This document shows positions 9,035-17,117 of a stretch of DNA of 35,452 nucleotides, piece by piece. Position 1 is the first letter of the stretch. Each line of letters begins with the position of its first letter. The stretch lies in contig CAWDEM010000007.1 in assembly GCA_963801355.1 (NCBI GenBank), positions 1 through 35,452 of the forward strand. The letters are read 5' to 3'. Source of the DNA: Ignavibacteriota bacterium (GTDB taxonomy: Bacteria; Bacteroidota; Ignavibacteria; UBA10030; UBA6906). The notes below the pieces were generated by a model that made no database searches, was not told the DNA's origin, and was given only the letters and a program-made list of their open reading frames with translations. The position numbers and the translations under genes are program-made.

Positions 9035-11889
9035 TGACCATGAAACGACGCCTCCAACTTTCCCCCCAGGAACGGCGCATCTCGTGCTGCGTCCTTGCCT
9101 GCATACTGCTTCTCGTCGCCATTTCCTCGGCGCAGGCGGCCGTAGGACGCATCGCGGGAAAAGTCATCGACGCCAAATCCGGTGATGCTCTCGTGGGAGC
9201 GCACGTGATGTTGCAGGGGACCGCTATTGGAGCATCCACAAATGTCGACGGGGAATATACCATTGCCAGCGTAGGGCCGGGTTCCCATACCGTGGTGGTC
9301 TCCTATCTCGGATACAAGAAGTATTCCGTGCCGGTTCAGGTTTCCGCCGACTCCGCCCTTTACCTTGACGTCCGCCTTCAGCTTGATGTCGTGCAATTTG
9401 AAGAGGTCACGATCACCGCACAGCTCGAAGGGCAGGTGCAAGCGATCAACCAGCAATTGACCTCAAACACCATCGTGAACGTCGTCTCCGGCGACCGCAT
9501 ACGGGAATTGCCCGATCAAAATGCCGCGGAATCCATCGCACGGCTTCCCGGCATCTCCATTCAGAGGGATGCGGGCGAGGGCCAGAAAGTTGTGGTACGT
9601 GGCCTCGCACCGAAGTTTAATGCCATCACGGTCAACGGCGTGCGCATTCCGTCGACCGATGCAGCTGACCGCTCGGTTGACCTCAGCATGATCTCTTCGG
9701 ACATCCTCTCCGGCATCGAAGTGTTCAAGGCACTGACGCCGGACAAGGACGGGGACGCGGTCGGCGGGACTGTCAACCTGGTGTTGAAGCGGGCACCGAC
9801 GGGTCTCAGGGGAGATTTCCGGGGTCAGACCGGATACAATCAGCAACGGAAGGAGTACGGACAGTACAGAGCCGGTCTCAGCTTGAGTGACCGTTTTCTC
9901 GATGACCAGCTGGGTGTCCTCGTGACGGCGAGTCTGCAACGGGCAAACAGGGGATCCGACCGTTTGTCCGCCGACTATGTGTTCAAACGCGAGGCGGCGG
10001 GAGCGGAGACGCGGAGCGTCATACAGATTGAGAATATGAATCTGGCGTACCGCTCAGAAACCCGCGACCGGTACGGGGCCGGGGCGACGGTCGACTACAC
10101 CCTGGGCAACAGCGATCTGTTCTTCAGTTCCTTCATCAGCAAGACCGATCGCGATGAGTTGACACGCCGGAAGCGCTATCGGGTAGGATCCTTCTGGACC
10201 GAATATGACCTGACCGACCGCCAGCAGAGCACGCGGCTCGTGACCACCTCGCTGAGAGGAGAGCACAAATTTGATGTTGTCGACATCGATTGGCAGGCCT
10301 CCTATTCGAACAGCCTCCAGGATGTGCCGTACTCCAACTATGGCAGGTTCCAGGAAATCGGAGCGTATTATGACGGGCTCATCGACGACCAGGGACCCCA
10401 GGTGATCCCCCAGTTTGCCCGAAATGACCTTTCATCGACATGGTTCCAATATGCGACATTCAATCCCCAGAGAGTCGTCGATCAGGACAGAGGGTTTCAA
10501 CTCAATGCAATGATACCCTACCGTTTCGGCGAGGACATCGCCGGGTCGGTGAAGTTGGGCGGGAAATACCGCGGAAAAGACCGGACGCGCAATGTCACAG
10601 AGTACAGGACTCCTTTCGGAGAAACCGACCGCATTGGGATGGCGAACCCCGACAAGTTCACCCTGTATCGGGCAAAGAGCATCCTCGTGGAGAACTTTGC
10701 CGATCCGGATTTTCATGCAGACAACTTCCTGAACAATCAATATCAGATGACGTTCGGACTGAACCGGCAACGCCTGGATGATTTTCATGCCAACTACATC
10801 AGCCACTATTGGCTGAATCGCTACCTCGAGCTCGACGACTATGATGCCGGAGAGAAAGTCACTGCCGGATACCTGATGACCGACATCAACATCGGGGAGC
10901 AGCTGACCATCCTGCCGGGCTTCCGATTTGAACACACATCGACATCCTACAGAGGGAACTTCGGGTACTTGCAGGGGAATCTTGGAGAAGTCGGCGCAAT
11001 CCGTGATACCACGGGTGGCCGGTCCTATGATGAAATACTTCCCATGATCCATCTCCGCTATCGATTCACACCCTGGCTCGATGTGCGCCTTGCCTTTACC
11101 CGGAGCCTGTCCCGTCCGGATTACTTCAACCTCGTGCCCTACGAGCGGATCGTCTTTGCCGAGCAGACCATCGCGCGCGGTAATCCGGACATCAGGCAGA
11201 CGCGGGCAAAAAACTACGATGTGTATGTCTCCTTCTACAGCAACGACCTCGGTCTCCTCACGCTCGGCGGCTACTACAAGAAACTTCAGGATATCGACTA
11301 TATCAGGCAGACCCGCATCGTGGGTGGCCAGTTCAATGCCTTCGAATTGACCGAACCGGTGAACGGCGATGAGTCAAACGTGTGGGGAATCGAGATAGAT
11401 GTGCAGACCAACCTCCGCAATCTCCCCAGCCCGTTTGACGGATTCGTCATCAACGCCAACTATTCCTACATACACTCCGAAACATTCTTTCCTTACTTCG
11501 AAATCGGACCGCGAAGTCCCGACCCGCCCTATACGCCCGTCATCATCAACACGTTCCGGAAAGGAACACTGCCCGGTCAGGCGGAGCACATCGGGAATCT
11601 CTCTCTGGGATATGAAAAAGGAGGGTTCTCCGGACGTATTTCCATGACCTATCAAGGGAAGGCCCTTCAACTGGTGGGGGCCCGGAGTGAGCTGGACGGC
11701 TACACCGAGGCTTTCACGCGCTGGGATGCGTCATTTTCACAGAAGGTCTCGTCTCTGTTCAGTGTCTTTTTTGATATCAACAATATCACAAATCAGCCGG
11801 ACCAGGCATTTATCGGTGAAGCGATTTACGCAACAAATCAGGAGTATTTCGGATGGACTGCTGACCTCGGTGTGCGCGTGACATTCTAA
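9034..11889 (+). CDS. TonB-dependent receptor (N-terminal carboxypeptidase-regulatory-like domain, plug, beta-barrel), not of the SusC/RagA subtype
   Basis: AGGAG RBS and TGATG overlap with the regulator stop. GRIAGKVIDAKSGDALVGA domain, plug ELPDQNAAESIARLPGISIQRDAGEGQKVVVRG, IEVFKALTPDKDGDAVGGTVN, GNPDI, and terminal ...LGVRVTF. Confidence 0.95.
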   Translation: MTMKRRLQLSPQERRISCCVLACILLLVAISSAQAAVGRIAGKVIDAKSGDALVGAHVMLQGTAIGASTNVDGEYTIASVGPGSHTVVVSYLGYKKYSVPVQVSADSALYLDVRLQLDVVQFEEVTITAQLEGQVQAINQQLTSNTIVNVVSGDRIRELPDQNAAESIARLPGISIQRDAGEGQKVVVRGLAPKFNAITVNGVRIPSTDAADRSVDLSMISSDILSGIEVFKALTPDKDGDAVGGTVNLVLKRAPTGLRGDFRGQTGYNQQRKEYGQYRAGLSLSDRFLDDQLGVLVTASLQRANRGSDRLSADYVFKREAAGAETRSVIQIENMNLAYRSETRDRYGAGATVDYTLGNSDLFFSSFISKTDRDELTRRKRYRVGSFWTEYDLTDRQQSTRLVTTSLRGEHKFDVVDIDWQASYSNSLQDVPYSNYGRFQEIGAYYDGLIDDQGPQVIPQFARNDLSSTWFQYATFNPQRVVDQDRGFQLNAMIPYRFGEDIAGSVKLGGKYRGKDRTRNVTEYRTPFGETDRIGMANPDKFTLYRAKSILVENFADPDFHADNFLNNQYQMTFGLNRQRLDDFHANYISHYWLNRYLELDDYDAGEKVTAGYLMTDINIGEQLTILPGFRFEHTSTSYRGNFGYLQGNLGEVGAIRDTTGGRSYDEILPMIHLRYRFTPWLDVRLAFTRSLSRPDYFNLVPYERIVFAEQTIARGNPDIRQTRAKNYDVYVSFYSNDLGLLTLGGYYKKLQDIDYIRQTRIVGGQFNAFELTEPVNGDESNVWGIEIDVQTNLRNLPSPFDGFVINANYSYIHSETFFPYFEIGPRSPDPPYTPVIINTFRKGTLPGQAEHIGNLSLGYEKGGFSGRISMTYQGKALQLVGARSELDGYTEAFTRWDASFSQKVSSLFSVFFDINNITNQPDQAFIGEAIYATNQEYFGWTADLGVRVTF

Positions 11890-11957
11890 GCAGGATCTCA
11901 GGTACAATTTGCAGTCTCACTGTTCCAATACGTTCACCAATCGTGGAGGGTTGCATC

Positions 11958-13499
11958 ATGAAACACCGGTTCTCTCTTGGGCGGGGGGGGTTGGTTCTGT
12001 GCGTTGCGTTCCTCGTCGTCATCATGGCGTGCGGAGTAGCACAGGCCCAACGGATTGTGAACATCTCTCCGGGGTTCGGGACTCTCAACAGCATTATCAT
12101 GGGGGACACCCTTGCCACCGGAGCCCGCGTTGACAGCAATACGGTGTACCGCCTGGCCCGGGGCGGGCTCTATATTCTGAACGGCACGATGGATCACCGC
12201 TATCCGATTACCATCGAGGCGGCACCGGGTGCCGGAGCCAAGCCGAGAATCATTCAGGGCGTTCCTTCAGGTGGCACGGCGCCGACCGAAGCATGGGCGG
12301 CCCGCGCTACTCTGCGCATGAAGAACATCTATATGACCGCACTCGATGAACTCGGAGGAGGGCACGAGAGGGTCATCCGTATCCGCGAAAACAACATCCG
12401 TCTCGTGCTGGACTCATGCATTCTGGATCAGGCGACCCAGGCGGGTTTCCGCTTTGACGCCACGGGCGCGAGGGTGTACTTCTACAACTCGATCATCAGC
12501 AATATCGGTACCGGTGACAGTCCGAATAACGGGCGTGGTTTCGATGACCGCGGCAACGACATCGACACACTGTGGTTGGAGAACAGCACCTTCTACAACC
12601 TCACCAGCCGTGTCATCCGCGATGCCGGCGGCATTACGAAGTCCTGCAAGATGAACCATTGCACCATGTACAACATCGGTCAGTGGGCCGTGACCTTCGG
12701 ACCGTGCGTTCAGGCGATCTACACGAACAACCTCGCCATCAACGGCGGGTATTATGGCGCGAACCCCCGCGGGATTGACCTCACGGGCGGTGAACAACAA
12801 ATCCAGGTTCGGCTGTCTGTTCTGCCGCCTGCAAGCGGCACGCAGACGGCGCAGATCACCAACAACGGTTTCTACCTGGATTCACTTGTGATCAAGGCTT
12901 TTCCCGATACGATCAAGCCGGAGTTGTATTTTGACTCGCTATGGACGGCCTATATGACCACCCAGGGGACAGGCGCGACAGTCTACACCGAAAAGATCAC
13001 CTTCCAGCATGCCCCTGAGGCACCCGCCAATGTTGTGACGGATTGGTATGCGAACCCCGCACCACCGAATCCGGGACTTGACACCGTCGGTGTCTTCGAC
13101 TTCAAGTATGCCAACACCCACCTTGCGTACACGCGGGGTGCCGATGGCAAGCCTCTGGGCGACCTCACATGGCATGGCATTCCCCTCACGGGAGTCGAAG
13201 ATCTCGGGACACCAATCCCGGCCGCCTTCCAACTCTATGAGAACTATCCCAACCCCTTCAATCCGGAGACCAACATCAGGTTTGATCTCAGGCAGGGTGG
13301 CAATGTCGTTCTGGATGTCTTCAATGCACTCGGCCAGAAAGTGGCGACGCTCCTGAACGAGTCAATGGCGGCAGGCAGCTACAACGTCCGTTGGAACGGC
13401 ATGAGCGATGACGGCAGCCGTGTGTCCAGCGGTGTCTACCTCTATCGCCTCTCCGCAAACGGTTTTGTGGATGTAAAGAAGATGGCCTTTGTGAAGTAA
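11958..13499 (+). CDS. T9SS type-A/FlgD-Ig C-terminal domain protein with predicted beta-helix body (candidate surface glycan-binding protein)
   Basis: GGAGG RBS at 11945 and a signal peptide. Asn-ladder-like repeats (FYNSIISNI, LENSTFYNL, MNHCTMYNI, YTNNLAIN) and GADGKPLGDLTW. CTD FQLYENYPNPFNPETNIRF...VFNALGQKV...WNG...SSGVYLYRL...KKMAFVK. Confidence 0.88.
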   Translation: MKHRFSLGRGGLVLCVAFLVVIMACGVAQAQRIVNISPGFGTLNSIIMGDTLATGARVDSNTVYRLARGGLYILNGTMDHRYPITIEAAPGAGAKPRIIQGVPSGGTAPTEAWAARATLRMKNIYMTALDELGGGHERVIRIRENNIRLVLDSCILDQATQAGFRFDATGARVYFYNSIISNIGTGDSPNNGRGFDDRGNDIDTLWLENSTFYNLTSRVIRDAGGITKSCKMNHCTMYNIGQWAVTFGPCVQAIYTNNLAINGGYYGANPRGIDLTGGEQQIQVRLSVLPPASGTQTAQITNNGFYLDSLVIKAFPDTIKPELYFDSLWTAYMTTQGTGATVYTEKITFQHAPEAPANVVTDWYANPAPPNPGLDTVGVFDFKYANTHLAYTRGADGKPLGDLTWHGIPLTGVEDLGTPIPAAFQLYENYPNPFNPETNIRFDLRQGGNVVLDVFNALGQKVATLLNESMAAGSYNVRWNGMSDDGSRVSSGVYLYRLSANGFVDVKKMAFVK

Positions 13500-13524
13500 G
13501 GCCACGCAGGCAATTCGCAATGAA

Positions 13525-13573
13525 CAGGTAGCAGGCGGATAGTGGCACCGTTGGCTGTTCCGCCTGCTACTTG
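13525..13573 (+). terminator. Strong stem-loop after the TBDR/T9SS gene pair (terminator or mRNA-stabilising hairpin)
   Basis: GTAGCAGGCGGA (13528-13539) / TCCGCCTGCTAC (13559-13570) is a perfect 12-bp stem, extendable to 15 bp. The U-tract is weak. Confidence 0.6.
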
Positions 13574-13778
13574 CTGCTTACAATTGCCTTCTGAAGCCGC
13601 TGAGTCCACAGAGCACGGGGGCCAGGTCCAACATCCTTTCAGTGTTCTCCCCGGGTGAGTCGGAATTGAGCACTGGACCTGATCTCTGCATCAGTAGTCC
13701 CAACGACAGAACGAATGGACTTTCACCGATGACCATGCAACGCCGGTACACGCAGTCCTGGAAGCAGGTGTTTGCCGC

Positions 13779-15266
13779 ATGAATTTCGGGACGATTGACT
13801 GGGTGCTGACGATAGTGTATCTCGTCGGGACCGTGACGGTCGGCATCTGGGCCAAGCGATATGTCGAGAACCTGGCCGGCTACATGGTTGCCGGCAGGAG
13901 AGTGAGAACATCCCTGGGCATCGCTACCTTCGTGGCCACTGAGCTGGGGACTGTCACGTTCGTGTACTACGGAGAGCTCGGGTATGTGGCCGGCTTCTCC
14001 GGTTTCATTATCGGCATCATGGCGATGATCGCCTACATGCTTATTGGACGCAGCGGCTTCGTCATCGAAAAGCTGCGCCGTCTCCGCGTCATGACCATCC
14101 CCGAGTTCTACGAACTTCGCTACTCGCGTAATGTTCGCCTCATCGGAGGAGCTATCCTCTTCCTGGGTGGTGTGCTGAACATGGGGATATTCCTGAAGTT
14201 TGACGGCATCTTCCTCTCTGAAGTCATGGGGTTCGGGTCCGGGGCACTGGCCATCATCATGACGGTGATGATCGTCGTCGTCATCGCCTACACGATTCTT
14301 GGTGGGATGTTCTCCATTGTGGTCACGGATTTTGTACAATTCGTGATCCTCACGTTCGGGATGCTCGTCGCGACCATCGCGGTATTGGTACACGTCGACC
14401 TGACGAGCATGAGTGCCGCCGTGGCGAACACGCTGGGGAGCGCAGGGGTTGACCCATTCACGAACCCGCGCTTCGGCTGGAATTTTGTCATCTGGATTTT
14501 CGTCGCAAGCTCTGCTGCCGGTGCGTTGTGGCAACCCGGGACTTCAAAGGCGCTTTCCTCCGAGAGTCCGGCTGTAGCGAAAAAGATGTTCTTCTGGACC
14601 GGATTGACGTTTGCCGGGCGGGCTATGATCCCGATGTTCTGGGGTATCGCGGCCCTTGCGTATTTTGGCGCGGGTCTGCCGAGTGCGGCAGCGATGCCAA
14701 AGCTGTTGGGCGCGATTGTGCCTCCCGGCTTTCTCGGGCTGCTCGTTGCCGGAATGCTCGCCGCATCGATGTCCACTTACAGTGCCTACCTGCTCGCCTG
14801 GAGCTCTGTGCTCGCCCGCGATGTGATTGCCTGCGCCAGGCCGAAGGACTTCCCTGAGAAGACGACCGTCACGATCACACGTGTCGTTGCTGGCGTGATC
14901 GGTGTGTTCCTTCTCGTGTTCGGGCTCTGGTATCAAATTCCGGACACGGCATTCCAATACCTGTATGTGACGGGTGCCATGTACACGTCCGGTGCAATGG
15001 GGTGCGTCGTGGCGGGGATGTACTGGCCCCGGGCGAACAAAGTGGGCGCATATGCATCGCTCGTTATGGGCGCTCTTGCACCGGCAGGATTTCTCCTGCT
15101 GGAGAAATCACGCGATGTCCTGCCGTCATGGTTGGTGTTCATCAGCGATGTGAACATCGCGGGCATGCTGAGTTTCATTTTGGCGGCGCTAGGCATGATT
15201 GTGGGTTCTCTTGTCACGCAACACACCTCACCCCCCAAACAGCTGCAACAGGTGGAGGAACCATGA
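13779..15266 (+). CDS. Sodium:solute symporter (SSS) family protein
   Basis: 495 aa, highly hydrophobic. YMVAGRR, VMTIPEFYELRY, YTILGGMFSIVVTDFVQF and GLLVAGMLAASMST. Confidence 0.93.
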   Translation: MNFGTIDWVLTIVYLVGTVTVGIWAKRYVENLAGYMVAGRRVRTSLGIATFVATELGTVTFVYYGELGYVAGFSGFIIGIMAMIAYMLIGRSGFVIEKLRRLRVMTIPEFYELRYSRNVRLIGGAILFLGGVLNMGIFLKFDGIFLSEVMGFGSGALAIIMTVMIVVVIAYTILGGMFSIVVTDFVQFVILTFGMLVATIAVLVHVDLTSMSAAVANTLGSAGVDPFTNPRFGWNFVIWIFVASSAAGALWQPGTSKALSSESPAVAKKMFFWTGLTFAGRAMIPMFWGIAALAYFGAGLPSAAAMPKLLGAIVPPGFLGLLVAGMLAASMSTYSAYLLAWSSVLARDVIACARPKDFPEKTTVTITRVVAGVIGVFLLVFGLWYQIPDTAFQYLYVTGAMYTSGAMGCVVAGMYWPRANKVGAYASLVMGALAPAGFLLLEKSRDVLPSWLVFISDVNIAGMLSFILAALGMIVGSLVTQHTSPPKQLQQVEEP

Positions 15267-15409
15267 CGGACGGTGCGCTCTTCTGGTTTATCGTCCTCGC
15301 AGTGGCTGCGCTTCTCTTCTTCGGCGTTGCACTGGTGGTGACGATCCGCGGTGTCGGCGACCTGCGTGATCTCCTCAACCGGCCCTCGCGACGGGGAGAC
15401 AACGAATGA
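15263..15409 (+). CDS. 48-aa single-TM membrane microprotein (putative SSS accessory subunit)
   Basis: GGAGGA RBS and ATGA overlaps with both neighbours. Sequence MTDGALFWFIVLAVAALLFFGVALVVTIRGVGDLRDLLNRPSRRGDNE. Confidence 0.8.
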   Translation: MTDGALFWFIVLAVAALLFFGVALVVTIRGVGDLRDLLNRPSRRGDNE

Positions 15410-17100
15410 TCCTGGGGCTCGCGACAATCGATTTTGCCGTCATCATCCTCTATCTCGTCGGCATCACCTACATCGGCTTCCGCTCCTCTCGGTCCGTGAA
15501 AAGCTCGGGAGATTTCTTCATGGGCGGCCGGCGCTTTGGCAAGCTCTCGATGATCGCGAAAGCTTTCGGGGTGGGGACGCGGGTGGATCATGTCGTTGCG
15601 GTCACAGGGGCCTCGTATGAGGTCGGCATGTCCGGCGTGTGGTATCAGTGGCTTTATATTTTCAGCACACCTTTCTTCTGGATTATCGCGCCAATCTACC
15701 GGCGGCTCCGCTATGTGACCACGGGAGACTTCTTTGAGGAGCGGTACGGGACGTCTGCGGCGGCGGCCTATACCTTCGGGGCGTTGCTGTTTCTGGCGGT
15801 CGAGATCGGCATGATGCTCCGCGGCACGGCGACTACAGTCGAAGCGCTCACGCAGGGAGCATTGAGTGCGGATGTCATGATACTCGTTGCGACACTCGCC
15901 TTCATTGGCTACAGCAGCGTTGGCGGACTCGTTGCCGCCGTGTCCACCAAGGTCCTCCAGAGTTTTCTGATCCTTGTACTCTCGCTCCTGCTGGTGCCGT
16001 TTGCGCTCTCTCGCGTCGGTGGGTTCGAACAATTACACCGTACGCTGCCTGCGGCCATGTTCGATCTGTTTTCCTCCCTGGAGGTGAGCCCATTCTTCAT
16101 CCTGATGGTAACGATTAACGGGCTGGTCGGCGTCATCGCCATGCCCCACCACATGTCTATCGGAGGAGCTGGAAAGTCAGAGAACAGCTGCAGGACCGGG
16201 TGGACGTACGGTAACGTTGTGAAGCGATTCGCAACCCTGGCCTGGGCATTTACCGGGGTCATTGGCGCCGCGCTGTTTCCGACACTGGTGGTAGGCGGTC
16301 ACCGCGAACAGGCCCTCGGAATGCTCATTTTGAATCTCCTTCCCGCCGGTCTGGTGGGACTCATGATCGCGGCGATGCTTGCTTCCCTCATGGCTGTGTG
16401 CGATGCGTACATGATTGACGGCGCTGCCCTCTATACGCGCAACGTGTACAGGAAACTTGCCCGGGCGGCAGCTGACGATCAAAAGGTCCTGCGCGTCGGG
16501 AGGATCTCCTCCATCGCCGTGGCTGTGGTGGGCGTCGGATTCGCGTTCCTCCTCTCGGATGTGGTGACCGGCCTGACAATTATCTGGAAAATTACCGCGT
16601 TTCTCGGCATTCCTTTCTGGATAGCGGTTTTCTGGCAACGGGGCAACCGCTACGGTCTCTGGGCCTCCCTGGCCGCCACGACCGCGGCTGCATTGGGAAC
16701 ACAAACCCTCGGGTGGAATCTGGCGGACCAGATTGCCTTGTACCTGCCGGCAGGCATAATCGTGTTCGTGCTCGTAAGCCTACTGACTCCTCCGGAGCCG
16801 GCAGAAAAGCTGAAGGCCTTCTATCTGTTGCTGCACACCCCGGTGGGGGAGGAATACCGGCTTGCGGAAGCGGGTGTGCAGCCCGTGCTGCAGGGGCAAT
16901 CGGTGGCGTCGCCTTCGGCGGAATCGGGCGTTCCCCTTGAACAACAGGGCCACAGTCTGCTCCTGGTAGATCTGCTCTCACTCGTCCGCACGTTTTCCTT
17001 CAAACGATATCGTGTTGACATCGTCGGGTTCCTCGCGGCGACAATATTGATACTCGCGATCATTGGCAGCGGTATACTGCTTGCTCGCATTGGGACTTGA
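15406..17100 (+). CDS. Sodium:solute symporter (SSS) family protein
   Basis: 564 aa. DFFMGGRRFG, TTGDFFEERY and GLVGLMIAAMLASLM, with a C-terminal extra TM after a loop. Confidence 0.92.
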   Translation: MILGLATIDFAVIILYLVGITYIGFRSSRSVKSSGDFFMGGRRFGKLSMIAKAFGVGTRVDHVVAVTGASYEVGMSGVWYQWLYIFSTPFFWIIAPIYRRLRYVTTGDFFEERYGTSAAAAYTFGALLFLAVEIGMMLRGTATTVEALTQGALSADVMILVATLAFIGYSSVGGLVAAVSTKVLQSFLILVLSLLLVPFALSRVGGFEQLHRTLPAAMFDLFSSLEVSPFFILMVTINGLVGVIAMPHHMSIGGAGKSENSCRTGWTYGNVVKRFATLAWAFTGVIGAALFPTLVVGGHREQALGMLILNLLPAGLVGLMIAAMLASLMAVCDAYMIDGAALYTRNVYRKLARAAADDQKVLRVGRISSIAVAVVGVGFAFLLSDVVTGLTIIWKITAFLGIPFWIAVFWQRGNRYGLWASLAATTAAALGTQTLGWNLADQIALYLPAGIIVFVLVSLLTPPEPAEKLKAFYLLLHTPVGEEYRLAEAGVQPVLQGQSVASPSAESGVPLEQQGHSLLLVDLLSLVRTFSFKRYRVDIVGFLAATILILAIIGSGILLARIGT

Positions 17101-17117
17101 ATCTCCGGAGTGGCACC

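Noticed and set aside
11958-13499. Possible SusD annotation for the gene after the TBDR
   Set aside because: It has no SusD/TPR-like helical content, looks beta-rich and carries a T9SS-type CTD.
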